Assembly (NCBI GenBank): GCA_016871535.1
Contig: VHCZ01000004.1
Coordinates: 13,801 to 77,800 of the forward strand
Reading direction: 5' to 3'
Source: Verrucomicrobiota bacterium
GTDB lineage: Bacteria; Verrucomicrobiota; Verrucomicrobiia; Limisphaerales; SIBE01
Length of the DNA stretch: 64,000 nucleotides
This document shows, piece after piece, positions 44,339 to 53,380 of the stretch (position 1 is its first letter; every line of letters begins with the position of its first letter). The notes beneath the pieces were generated by a model. That model was not told the DNA's origin and searched no databases. It saw only the letters and a list, made by a program, of their open reading frames with translations. Made by a program: the position numbers and the translations under genes.

Positions 44339-45163
44339 TCACGGAGAGCGGCCAACCTCGCGGTTCAGCAGAAACTCTTTCAGCCCGGACAGATCGTCCG
44401 TGTTGATCAGATCGACGCCGGCATCGAGCAATTCCTGCCAGACGGCCCGCCGATCGGGCGCGGCCCAGAATCGGACCATGCGGCCCTGAGCGTGCGCTTG
44501 CGCCACCAACTCTCGTAACTTTTGCCTTTCGGCTGCGGGGAACGGACCCATTCCGCGCCACTTGAACGCCAGATTCCAGTTGTCGCTGATCAGAGGGATG
44601 AACTCTTTCGGAGCTTTGGCATCGAGATCCAACAGCCGGCCATCGAAGGCTGCGTAACGGACGGAGTCGGCTTCCATCATCAGACGGGGACGATTCCCGG
44701 AGATGACGACGCGAACGGCTTTCGTGTCCATGGTCCCGGAAGAAAAGGTGCAGAGCATTTCGGAATACTGCCTCAGAATGTCGCGCAGCACACCGTAGGT
44801 GCTGGCCGCGTCGGATTTGATGTCGATGAGCAGAGTCACCACTGGTCCATCGCGATAGACGCGGCCGCCATTGCGCCGGACACGATCGCGCAGCGGGTCG
44901 AGGTAAAGCTTTTGCAGCGTGCGCGCCGGGGAAACCTTGTCGCGATCATGCGCGACCAGGAGCTGGCCATCGACGAGATAAATGTCCGCTTCGACGCCGC
45001 AGAAGCCGTGGTCGAGCGCGTCGAGCAGCGGGCGTTTGTGTTCGTAATCGTTGTGGGCGTGCGCGCGCGGCAGGGGAACAGGCAGCGGCTCGGCTGGCTG
45101 AACGGCGATGGAGGCCGCCCAGAGTAGAAGAGTGAGGGAAAGAAGTTTCATTGTGACGTCCAT
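44339..45163 (-). CDS. Secreted GDPD/PI-PLC-like phosphodiesterase family protein
   Basis: Signal peptide MKLLSLTLLLWAASIA. RAHAHNDYEHKRPLLDALDHGFCGVEADIYL resembles the AIM6/GDPD-like fold. An alternative ATG at 45151 is possible. Confidence 0.75.
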   Translation of the reverse strand: MDVTMKLLSLTLLLWAASIAVQPAEPLPVPLPRAHAHNDYEHKRPLLDALDHGFCGVEADIYLVDGQLLVAHDRDKVSPARTLQKLYLDPLRDRVRRNGGRVYRDGPVVTLLIDIKSDAASTYGVLRDILRQYSEMLCTFSSGTMDTKAVRVVISGNRPRLMMEADSVRYAAFDGRLLDLDAKAPKEFIPLISDNWNLAFKWRGMGPFPAAERQKLRELVAQAHAQGRMVRFWAAPDRRAVWQELLDAGVDLINTDDLSGLKEFLLNREVGRSP

Positions 45164-45164
45164 A

Positions 45165-46895
45165 TCAATTGGGCGTGGCCAGCTCGCGTCGAATCAAATC
45201 GACCAGCGGCTGGACGGTTTGACGGCTGAAATCAAACCGGCAGCCCGCGGTGTGAAACAATTCCGGCAGCGGACGGGAACCGCCCAGTTTCAACGCGCTC
45301 CGGTACTGCCGCAACGCCGCGGCCTTGTCCTTCTTTGAATTCGCCCAAACCTGCAGCGCGCCCAACTGGGCGATCCCATACTCGATGTAATAGAAAGGAT
45401 GAATGAAAATGTGAAGCTGCCGGTGCCAGAGATGCGCGCGCGCGCGCGCGTAGCCGCGCCAATCGATCTCGGCGCCGAATCGATCCATCAATTCCGTCCA
45501 CACCGCCGTCCGTTCCGCCCGCGTGTGGCCGGGATGCGTGTAGATCCAGTGCTGGAAGGCATCGACCGTCGCGATCCACGGAAACAATTCCACGATGGTC
45601 TGCAAGTGCTCGCGCCGCGCCCGGTCAATTTCCCGTGGCGCGTAAAAAGCGTCGAGCCATTCATTGCCCAGGAGTTCCATGCTCATCGAAGCCACTTCAC
45701 AGAATTCGGTCGGCGCGCTCCGGTAGGCGAGCAAATCCTCGTCGCGCGCGGCCAGCGAATGAAACGCGTGGCCCGCCTCGTGCAGCAGCGTTTCCACGTC
45801 GCGTTGCCGGCCCACCGCGTTCATGAAGATGAAGGGCACGCGCGCTTCCGTCAGCGTGGTTTGATAGCCGCCGGGCGCTTTGCCCTTGCGGTTTGCGAGG
45901 TCGAGCAAGCGCAGGTCGTGCAGCGAGCGAAAATCTTTGGCAAGCTCCGCGTCAAGCCGGTCAAGGATGCGTTGCACGCCCGCTGTGAGCTTATCCACCT
46001 TCTCGAAAGGCCGGAGTGGAGCACGACCCTGGGGATCCACGAAGAGATCCCACGGGCGCAGTTCCGGGAGCTTCAAACACTGGCGGCGTTCGGCGTGCAA
46101 TTCCAGAACGACGGGGACGATAGCTCTTTCGGTGGTTTCGTGAAAGCGCGCGCAATCCTGCGGCGTGTAATCGAATCGCTCGCGGTCGCGGAAGGCGTAT
46201 TCCAGGTAATTGGGAAACCCGGCGTTGGCCGCGATTTGTTCGCGCAGCTTGAGCAAGCGCTCGAAGAGATCCTCGAACTTATCCGCCTCTTGCAAGCGGC
46301 GGTTCGTTGCAGCTTCCCACGCTTCCTGACGCAGGGCGCGGTCCGGTTCCTCCAGATAGCGGCCCATCTGAACGAGCGTTTTTTCTTCGCCGCGGAATTG
46401 AACGGTCAGCGATCCGCTCAGTTTCTGATATTGCTGGCCCAGTTTGGCTTCCTCCGTCTCCAGGGGCACGTTTTCGGGGCGAAACAATTCCACATGCACT
46501 CGCGTTGTGCGGTCGAACACAGCATAACGGTCCTTTGGCAGGCCCTCGCGCCGCGGGTGGGACAGATAAAGTTGCTCGAGCTTGAATTCGCGCGGCTTGA
46601 TCTGCGGTTCGAGTTCTTCGACGAAGTGAAGATAAGCTTTCTCCGCCTCGGCGTTGTCCGTGTGACAGGTCATGGCGATGTAACGGCGGCTCCCTTCTTC
46701 GTCGAGTGCCGCGAGAAGCTCCGCGCAGTTCAGCAGCCAGCGTTCGAGGTCCGGCGCCGTCTGGCACGCCGCGGCCTGCGCTTCCAGTTGGTCGAACAGC
46801 GGAGCGACACGGGACCAATCCGCGAAGTCAATTTCCAAGGGAACGAACTTTCGCGGCCGGTAAGCCGGCAATTGTCCAAACGGCAGCAAATCCAT
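45165..46895 (-). CDS. pepF: Oligoendopeptidase F family (M3B) metallopeptidase
   Basis: HEAGHAFH zinc motif. Length and overall pattern fit M3B. Confidence 0.9.
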   Translation of the reverse strand: MDLLPFGQLPAYRPRKFVPLEIDFADWSRVAPLFDQLEAQAAACQTAPDLERWLLNCAELLAALDEEGSRRYIAMTCHTDNAEAEKAYLHFVEELEPQIKPREFKLEQLYLSHPRREGLPKDRYAVFDRTTRVHVELFRPENVPLETEEAKLGQQYQKLSGSLTVQFRGEEKTLVQMGRYLEEPDRALRQEAWEAATNRRLQEADKFEDLFERLLKLREQIAANAGFPNYLEYAFRDRERFDYTPQDCARFHETTERAIVPVVLELHAERRQCLKLPELRPWDLFVDPQGRAPLRPFEKVDKLTAGVQRILDRLDAELAKDFRSLHDLRLLDLANRKGKAPGGYQTTLTEARVPFIFMNAVGRQRDVETLLHEAGHAFHSLAARDEDLLAYRSAPTEFCEVASMSMELLGNEWLDAFYAPREIDRARREHLQTIVELFPWIATVDAFQHWIYTHPGHTRAERTAVWTELMDRFGAEIDWRGYARARAHLWHRQLHIFIHPFYYIEYGIAQLGALQVWANSKKDKAAALRQYRSALKLGGSRPLPELFHTAGCRFDFSRQTVQPLVDLIRRELATPN

Positions 46896-46951
46896 CAGCG
46901 GATGATAAGCGGACCGAGCCGAATGGGAAGCCGTAACGGGGCAGTTCTGGT

Positions 46952-47046
46952 CGGACCGTGGCCTTTAGGCCGCTTCAACGCTCGACTCCGGGGAGTGCGC
47001 GGAAGCAGCCTGAAGGCTGCGGTCCACACGGTCATCGGTTCATGGG
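46952..47046. repeat. RepE structured repeat (second copy, same orientation)
   Basis: GGACCGTGGCCTTTAGGCCGCTTCAACGC..GCAGCCTGAAGGCTGCGGTCC..CGGTTCATGG. Confidence 0.7.
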
Positions 47047-47167
47047 CCGTGGGCGGGTCCGTAAGGAACGGGAGCTTCTCATGAACCCGGTAGGGACGGA
47101 GACGCTGTCCGCGCTCCTTTCAAACGTGAGAGGGTAGAGAGGGTAGATTTCTCCTTGTTCCACCTTA

Positions 47168-47437
47168 GGGTCTGTGCAAAAATAACTTCCGATTTTGGCG
47201 GGAGCGCCGCCTGACCGGATGCAAGGCGCGAGGAGGGAGCATCCCCGTTTTGGGGCTGTGACCGACGAGCAACGCCGCAGCCGGCCAGGCGCCGGCCCGC
47301 CCCGCAGGGCTGGGGCGATTTCGCTTTCTGGCTTCGTTTCTCCTCAGTCGCAGAGCCCTGGCTATGCTCCTTCGTCGTGCCTCGCCAGAAAGCGAAATCG
47401 CCTCCAGCAAAACCGGAATTTATTTTTGCACAGACCC
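47168..47437 (-). mobile_element. MITE-270 copy 3 (inverted orientation)
   Basis: 270 bp, the reverse complement of copies 1 and 2 with a few substitutions. TTA at 47165-47167 and at 47438-47440, which is TAA in element orientation. Confidence 0.8.
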
Positions 47438-47496
47438 TTAACGAGACGTTTAGCCTCCGAGTCGCTCGGAAGCGCACTGAGCCGTTCATCGATGCT

Positions 47497-48288
47497 ATGA
47501 AACCACATTTCTGCCGCCGCCTTACCGCCGCGGCGTTCACCTTGATCGAGTTGCTGGTTGTGATCGCGATCATCGCCATTCTCGCCGGATTGCTCTTGCC
47601 CGCGCTCAGCAAGGCCAAACGAAAAGCTCGCGAGACAAATTGCCTTTCCAACTTTCGCCAATGGGCGCTGGCGGCCAATCTTTACGGCTCGGACGACGCG
47701 CAGGGCCGGATGCCGATGTTCGGCGACATTGGGAATAATCCGTGGGATGTGGCCTACGCCATGATCCCGGCTGTGCAGGATTACGGACTGACGGTGCCGA
47801 TGTTTTTCTGCCCGGCGCGCCCCGGCGAGTTTCACGAGGCCCAAGCCTGGATGCTGAGGCAGAAGAAGATTCCGATCAGCAACAATGAGGACCTGCGCGT
47901 TTATTACAGCACACGCTGGACGTTCGGTTTCGCCATCATGCAACACAGTTGGTGGGTGCCGCGCTCCGGCAAACCCGGCTTCCGCGTCATGCCTTCCACG
48001 ACCCGCGTGAACACCAACACGATGACCGAAGGCTGGCCCACACGGCTCGAAGATCCCGGCGCTTCCGCCAGCCCCATCGTCACGGACACGCTCTACCACG
48101 ACGGTTTCATCACGAACTTGTCGATGGCCTGGGGCGGACATCCGACCAGGCGCGCCGACTCTGGCTTTCAGATTCAAGGAGGCGAAGCCGAATCGATCAG
48201 CCGGGCCTACGCCGACGGCCACGCCGATCTGGCCCGCCGGCCCAAGATCGTCTGGCGTCATTACGGCAACTGGACGAGCTTCTATTGA
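47497..48288 (+). CDS. Prepilin-type N-terminal cleavage/methylation domain protein (DUF1559-like)
   Basis: ATG at 47497. [29 protein letters not shown] is the canonical pseudopilin N-terminus. C-terminal ...YADGHADL tail. Confidence 0.85.
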   Translation: MKPHFCRRLTAAAFTLIELLVVIAIIAILAGLLLPALSKAKRKARETNCLSNFRQWALAANLYGSDDAQGRMPMFGDIGNNPWDVAYAMIPAVQDYGLTVPMFFCPARPGEFHEAQAWMLRQKKIPISNNEDLRVYYSTRWTFGFAIMQHSWWVPRSGKPGFRVMPSTTRVNTNTMTEGWPTRLEDPGASASPIVTDTLYHDGFITNLSMAWGGHPTRRADSGFQIQGGEAESISRAYADGHADLARRPKIVWRHYGNWTSFY

Positions 48289-48300
48289 GGGCATCCGTAA

Positions 48301-48403
48301 CCCCTCAGTTAACGACGGTGGAGCGACGCTCCTGCGGAGCTTTTCTTCGATGGCATTGGCTCGGCAGGAGCCTCGCCCCACCTTAACTACCTTAACTGAG
48401 GGG
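48301..48403. repeat. RepC element, most complete copy (CCCCTCAGTTAA...TTAACTGAGGGG termini)
   Basis: Outer 12-nt inverted termini plus inner GGAGCGACGCTCCTGCGGAGC / GGCTCGGCAGGAGCCTCGCCCC arms. Confidence 0.75.
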
Positions 48404-48450
48404 ATACGGGCGTCCTTGCCGTCTCGTCGCACAGGCCGTAAAGTGCCGGC

Positions 48451-48708
48451 ATGGCTGCAGCACAGGATGAACTGCGTGAATTTCCGCCGCCGACTCCCGC
48501 GCCGCCGGAACTGGCCGAGCGCGCGAACGCGTTGGCCCATGCGTATCCGGAGTGCTTCTGGTTCTGGCACCCGGAGGCGCGCGTCCGGCACCTCGAGGAC
48601 GTGCGCCTCGTGATTGAACATCTCCGGGAGTACGGCGACCATCGCGCCTGGCGGGCTGCTCAGGAACTGCACCGATGCCTCTCACCTCTCTTCAAAAAGA
48701 AGTATTAG
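48451..48708 (+). CDS. Small protein overlapping the AbiEii-like gene (putative cognate partner)
   Basis: 85 aa, overlapping the next gene by 34 nt. CFWFWHPEARVRHLEDVRLVIEHLREYGDHRAW resembles a small domain that I recall paired with AbiEii-type nucleotidyltransferases (unverified). Confidence 0.5.
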   Translation: MAAAQDELREFPPPTPAPPELAERANALAHAYPECFWFWHPEARVRHLEDVRLVIEHLREYGDHRAWRAAQELHRCLSPLFKKKY

Positions 48709-49490
48709 CGATCCTCGCGAGAAATCGGAGCGAGGAGAGCCACTTCGCTGGGGGTGTCGTGCTCAACGTGGCGGAGGATTCCGCCCGCTTTTCCCACGAC
48801 TTCGATATCTTCCATGAACTCGCCGAAGAGGTCACTCGGGCCAGCACATGCGATGTGGCAAGCCTGCGGCAGGCCGGCTTCCACGTCGAGACCCCGTCTC
48901 GCTACGGTGAATGGGAGAAGGAATCCACGTTCCGTAAAGCCAAAGTCAGCAGAGCCGGCGAGGTTGTCGAGATCGATTGGGCAGCCGATTCCGCGTTCCG
49001 GTTCTTTCCGATCGAACGCGACGCAGTTCTGGGCTGGCGCCTCCATCTGTTCGACGTGGCCACGAACAAAGCACTCGCCTTGTCCGCCCGCACCGAAACG
49101 CGCGATTACGTGGACATTGTTGAGTTGCACAAAACTTTTCCTTTGTCCGCAATCTGCTGGGCGGCCTGCGGCAAGGATCCCGGTTTCACTCCCCTTTCCC
49201 TGCTGAAAATGATGCTGCGATTCGCCCGCGTGAATCCGATGGAACTCGACAAGATCAAAGCCCGCGCCATCGACCCGGTTGCGCTCAAAATGGCGTGGAT
49301 CGAGATAAGCGACGAAGCGGAGGCAAAAATGACGCGCCTGGCAGATGAAAGGCCCGAAATGCCCATCGGGGTGGCGTTCGTGGACGCCGCGGGTCGCCCG
49401 GGCTGGATCGGCGACGATCCGTCGCTGCGCCTCCATGCGCCGTCCGTGCGCGGCTGCTGGCCGGTAGTTCGTGGACTCGATCCGGATTAG
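48675..49490 (+). CDS. Nucleotidyltransferase, AbiEii/AbiGii toxin-like (DUF1814)
   Basis: LQKEVLAILARN..HFAGGVVLN, RFSHDFDIF (DxD) and ATNKALALSARTETRDYVDIVEL match AbiEii hallmarks as I recall them. Confidence 0.75.
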   Translation: MPLTSLQKEVLAILARNRSEESHFAGGVVLNVAEDSARFSHDFDIFHELAEEVTRASTCDVASLRQAGFHVETPSRYGEWEKESTFRKAKVSRAGEVVEIDWAADSAFRFFPIERDAVLGWRLHLFDVATNKALALSARTETRDYVDIVELHKTFPLSAICWAACGKDPGFTPLSLLKMMLRFARVNPMELDKIKARAIDPVALKMAWIEISDEAEAKMTRLADERPEMPIGVAFVDAAGRPGWIGDDPSLRLHAPSVRGCWPVVRGLDPD

Positions 49491-49610
49491 GCGGTGTTTG
49501 AGAATGTAGCCGCCGAAATGAGGAGGCGGAAACAGCCATCAGGTTTTCGAGAAAAGCCGCCTCCGCACGCCGGCGGCTACGGGAAAATGGACGATTCTCC
49601 AAACACGCCG

Positions 49611-51707
49611 TTAGGCCGACTCCACCTGCGTTGTGGCGCGGCGTGTGACCAGGCCTGCGATCAGGGTTTCAAGAATTACGATGCCGAAGGCGGCCAGGAG
49701 AAACCACCGCCAGAGCCGCTGCTGGTTCTCCAGTTCCGTCGCCAGCAGGTGCTGCCGTTTCTTCTCGGCTTGCCGCGAACTCTGTTTCGCAACTTCCTGC
49801 TTGAGCGGCAATCCGAGGCGCTCCAGTTCTTCCAACGCCAGCGACGCGGTCTTGCTCTCGGCAGGATCGAGATTGACGGCGACCTGCAACGCGGGAAGGG
49901 AAGCGATGGCATATACCCCGGGCAAATCGGTCTGCGAGAATCGCGAACCCGCCGCCAGTTCCACCTGCGCGCCGTCCGGTTTGCGCACGGTGATCGAAGG
50001 CGCGCGGTTTGTCGCCGCCAGCGAGATTTCGTCGTCCACCCTGAATTGGGAACGCTGCGGTTTCAGCGATCCGCTCAGTTCCAGCAGCGAATACAGCAAC
50101 GGAACAAACTTGGAGGAGAGCGCCAACTGGCTGTCCGCCGGCTGCCAGCCCGCACACAAAACCAGCAACGAGCCGTGGCCGGCGGAGGACTCGATCAAAG
50201 CCGGATTCCCGTTGTCGAGCCGCGCCAGAATGCGCGCGCCTGGAATTTGCTCCGCAACGACCCGGCGGTGTTTCCAGAAATGAATTTTGGTGAAATCGCT
50301 GAATCGAGGATCGGCGAATGGCGCGAACAAAGGGTGATCAAACTTGACCTCGCCAAACATCGTGTAGCGTTCGCCGGCGACTTCCTCCGCGGCGACTCCG
50401 GCGACGCCCGTAAGCTGAGCAATGGTCTGGGCAACAGAAATGTTCTTCATGACGATCAACACCGTCTTGCGCGCCGCCAGAAATTCGCGAGCGAACTGGA
50501 GCGCGGGATCGAACAGAGGATCAGCGACGATCATCAAATGCGCGGCCGCGGCTTCGTTGGTTGACCAGACCGCATCCGGGCGTCTCACGAGCAACTGCAC
50601 GGCCTGGCGGCGGGTCGTCTGAAACGCGCGCTTCAAGTAATAGAGCGGCTGCGTGTGATCGATTTCCGCTTCGTTCCCCAGATAAAGGACCCGGACTTCC
50701 TCGGCTTTCGGCGGAACATAGTAAACCGTGTTGTCGAACTCGTCGTCGTCACCCAGGAGAAGAAGATGATCGTTCGTGCCGGTCGCGGGCAGGGGCGGAG
50801 CGGCCACCGTTCGGCTCTGGCCTGGCGGAATATAGAGTTCGAGCGGGGGCGTGCCCTCGCTCGATCCGGCCCAGCGCACTTTGAACTCTTCGCGTTTGGA
50901 ATCGGCGGCGTTGCTGGCGCGGATTCTCGGACCCAATTCATTCGTCGCCTGGACAGCATCGTCGATTTCCGTCACGAGCTGCAGGCCGGCGTTCGTGGTC
51001 TTCTTGCTTTTGACTTGCTCGATCGCGATCTCCACGCCGCGCGGCCATTCGTAACCTTGCAAGCCGTCCAGGTGGCTCCCTTCCTGCAGATCGCTGACCA
51101 CGACGATCTGGCGCTGCGCCGAGCCTTCCTCCGGCGGAACATCTTCAAACGTTTCGGCGGCGGCGGTCAGCGCCTGGCCGAGATGCGTGCTCGACCAACC
51201 GGGAGTGAGTTCGCCCAGCCGTTGAATGGCGAGCGCTATGCGTTCGTGTACGGCCATCGTTTTCCATTGCTCGAAACTCAGCAGCGTCCGGGGTTGGCGG
51301 TCGAAGGCGAACACCGCCACGCGGTCCGTGGGCGAAACTTTCCTTAAGACTTCTTCGGCTTTGGCGCGCGCCGCGGCCCACAGATTCTGCCGGCGCATGC
51401 TGGCGCTGGTGTCAACCAGAAGAATGATCTGCCGGACTGTTTTGGGATCCGGTCCGGCCACAATCGGCTTGCGCATAAAAGGCCGGGCAAAACCGAACGC
51501 CAGAAGCCCCAGCACCAGGCAGCGGAGGATGAGCAAGAAAATGTTCTCCAGCCGGCTGCGGCGCGTCACGCGGGGCGGCGTCGGCGACAAGAACATCAGC
51601 GAACTGAATGTGACGCGCTCTCGGGAGGTCCGGCGGATCAAATGAAACAGGATCGGCCAGGCGACCGCCGCCACGCCGAGAAGGAATAAGGGGGCCAAAA
51701 AACTCAT
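49611..51707 (-). CDS. BatA-like N-terminal double-TM plus VWA domain protein
   Basis: ATG at 51707. MSFLAPLFLLGVAAVAWPILFHLIRR (aerotolerance BatA N-terminus). ILLVDTSASM VWA MIDAS start. C-terminal TM. Confidence 0.85.
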   Translation of the reverse strand: MSFLAPLFLLGVAAVAWPILFHLIRRTSRERVTFSSLMFLSPTPPRVTRRSRLENIFLLILRCLVLGLLAFGFARPFMRKPIVAGPDPKTVRQIILLVDTSASMRRQNLWAAARAKAEEVLRKVSPTDRVAVFAFDRQPRTLLSFEQWKTMAVHERIALAIQRLGELTPGWSSTHLGQALTAAAETFEDVPPEEGSAQRQIVVVSDLQEGSHLDGLQGYEWPRGVEIAIEQVKSKKTTNAGLQLVTEIDDAVQATNELGPRIRASNAADSKREEFKVRWAGSSEGTPPLELYIPPGQSRTVAAPPLPATGTNDHLLLLGDDDEFDNTVYYVPPKAEEVRVLYLGNEAEIDHTQPLYYLKRAFQTTRRQAVQLLVRRPDAVWSTNEAAAAHLMIVADPLFDPALQFAREFLAARKTVLIVMKNISVAQTIAQLTGVAGVAAEEVAGERYTMFGEVKFDHPLFAPFADPRFSDFTKIHFWKHRRVVAEQIPGARILARLDNGNPALIESSAGHGSLLVLCAGWQPADSQLALSSKFVPLLYSLLELSGSLKPQRSQFRVDDEISLAATNRAPSITVRKPDGAQVELAAGSRFSQTDLPGVYAIASLPALQVAVNLDPAESKTASLALEELERLGLPLKQEVAKQSSRQAEKKRQHLLATELENQQRLWRWFLLAAFGIVILETLIAGLVTRRATTQVESA

Positions 51708-51720
51708 GTGTGCAGTGTTC

Positions 51721-52680
51721 TCACGCCCGTTCCGCGCGTTTGACTTTTTTGCCGCGGTGCATGCGCTCGCGCAGAAAATCAAACAGCGCCAGTTCCATGG
51801 GCCGGTCGGTCGGGACGCAGGAATAGCCGATGCCGAGTTTCTGGCAGATCGCTTTCGCGGCCGCGTTGTGCGTCTCCATCTTTTGCAGGTAGTGTTTCCG
51901 GACCGCCGCCGGGTCCACATACAGATCCCGCCCCGACTCAATGTCGTGGAAAAGCACGGCCTTCTCGAAGCGAAAGTTCAGCTCGGCCGGATCCAGCGTC
52001 TGAAACACCTCCACCTCGTGCCCGCTGGCCGTGAGCAAAGTCAGGTTTTTTTCCAGCGTTTCAATCGGCGCCAGAAGGTCCGTGATCAAGACCAGCAAGC
52101 CGCGCTTTTTCAAGACCTCCGCCGCGCGCTTCAAAGGCGCGCTCAGATCGGTGCCCGTTCCGGCCGGCGGTTTTTCCAGCGCCAGCATGAGATGCCGGAG
52201 ATGGCCGGTGCGATTGCGCGCCGGCAAATACTCGCGGACCTGGGCGTCGAAGGTCAGGAGTCCGACGGCGTCGCCCTGCAAATAAAGGAAGTAGGCCAGC
52301 GTCGCGGCCAGCGTGTTCGCGTAAATCGTTTTGGAATAGGGCAGCGAGCTGTAACTCATGGACCGGCTGTTATCGACGAGGAGATGGCAGCGCAGGTTCG
52401 TTTCGTCCTCGAACTTCTTGATGTAGTAGCGGTCGGACCGGGCGTAGAGCCGCCAATCGAGGTAGCGCGGATCATCGCCGGGGCTGTACTGGCGATACTC
52501 GGTGAATTCCACGGAAAAACCGTGGTACGGGCTGCGGTGCATCCCGTTCAAAAAACCTTCCACGACCACACGCGCGCGCAGTTCGAGATTGCGAATGGCC
52601 ATCAATGCTTGCGGGTTGATAAACGAAGCCGTCTTCGTTTCCAACGCCTCCGTGCCGCGCATCGAATCCAAATTAAGCAT
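51721..52680 (-). CDS. DUF58 domain protein
   Basis: GMHRSPYHGFSVEFTEYRQYSPGDDPRYLDWR is the DUF58 signature. Confidence 0.9.
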   Translation of the reverse strand: MLNLDSMRGTEALETKTASFINPQALMAIRNLELRARVVVEGFLNGMHRSPYHGFSVEFTEYRQYSPGDDPRYLDWRLYARSDRYYIKKFEDETNLRCHLLVDNSRSMSYSSLPYSKTIYANTLAATLAYFLYLQGDAVGLLTFDAQVREYLPARNRTGHLRHLMLALEKPPAGTGTDLSAPLKRAAEVLKKRGLLVLITDLLAPIETLEKNLTLLTASGHEVEVFQTLDPAELNFRFEKAVLFHDIESGRDLYVDPAAVRKHYLQKMETHNAAAKAICQKLGIGYSCVPTDRPMELALFDFLRERMHRGKKVKRAERA

Positions 52681-52777
52681 GGCGAGTTAGAGTCACGCTG
52701 AGACCGGAAGGTAACAGGCGATCCCGGCAAAACCAATTAAAGTTTGCAAAGTTTGAGCCCGTGAATACCGTTTTGTC

Positions 52778-53155
52778 GTGCGCCGGATCAAGACCACCCT
52801 GGCTCTCCTGCTCGTCGCCTTTTGGGCGCCGGTCAGCGTGCACTGCAAATTGGAGCTGGTTCCGGGCCTGGAGTTCCTCCAATGCGAGACGGAAACCCCG
52901 GCGGAATCGGACTGCGACGAAGACGGCTGCCAGGTCATCGAATCTGCGCGCTACAAGACCGAGGAGAACGCCGTGGTGGTCGTCCCGGCTTTCAACCAGA
53001 TGGCCGCTCCGATGGCGGCGTCCTTCTGCGAACCCGCGCCTCTCCGCCTTGCAAAGTTCAGAATTCCGTCCACGGCGCCCCCTGAACTTCCCCGATCCTG
53101 GCAATTCTTCGAACGCGCGGCCTTGCCGCCGCGAGCGCCTTCCATCGTTTCCTGA
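52778..53155 (+). CDS. Small exported Cys-containing protein leading the efflux operon (GTG start)
   Basis: Signal peptide RRIKTTLALLLVAFWAPVSVHC. Four Cys within HCKLE..LQCETETPAESDCDEDGC. No family recognised. Confidence 0.4.
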   Translation: MRRIKTTLALLLVAFWAPVSVHCKLELVPGLEFLQCETETPAESDCDEDGCQVIESARYKTEENAVVVVPAFNQMAAPMAASFCEPAPLRLAKFRIPSTAPPELPRSWQFFERAALPPRAPSIVS

Positions 53156-53209
53156 AACCCGTCTGCGAATTCATCGCGGTCGCCCCGAGGCGGGTCTTGG
53201 TCAATTTGA

Positions 53210-53234
53210 AATCTCAAATTTGAAATTTGAGATT
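53210..53234. repeat. AT-rich perfect palindrome AATCTCAAATTT-G-AAATTTGAGATT
   Basis: 12-bp arms at 53210-53221 and 53223-53234, about 150 bp upstream of the outer-membrane factor gene. Confidence 0.5.
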
Positions 53235-53380
53235 CCCCAAGCACCTCGCGGCCCGGGCAGTCAAGGGCGTTGAATTCACAGACACGTTCCTGCAATTCCA
53301 CACCGGATTGCTTTGTTCGGACACGACCGATTTGGGTCGCCACAAAGATTCACTCAACGACGGTTTGATTTTGTCTGCTT

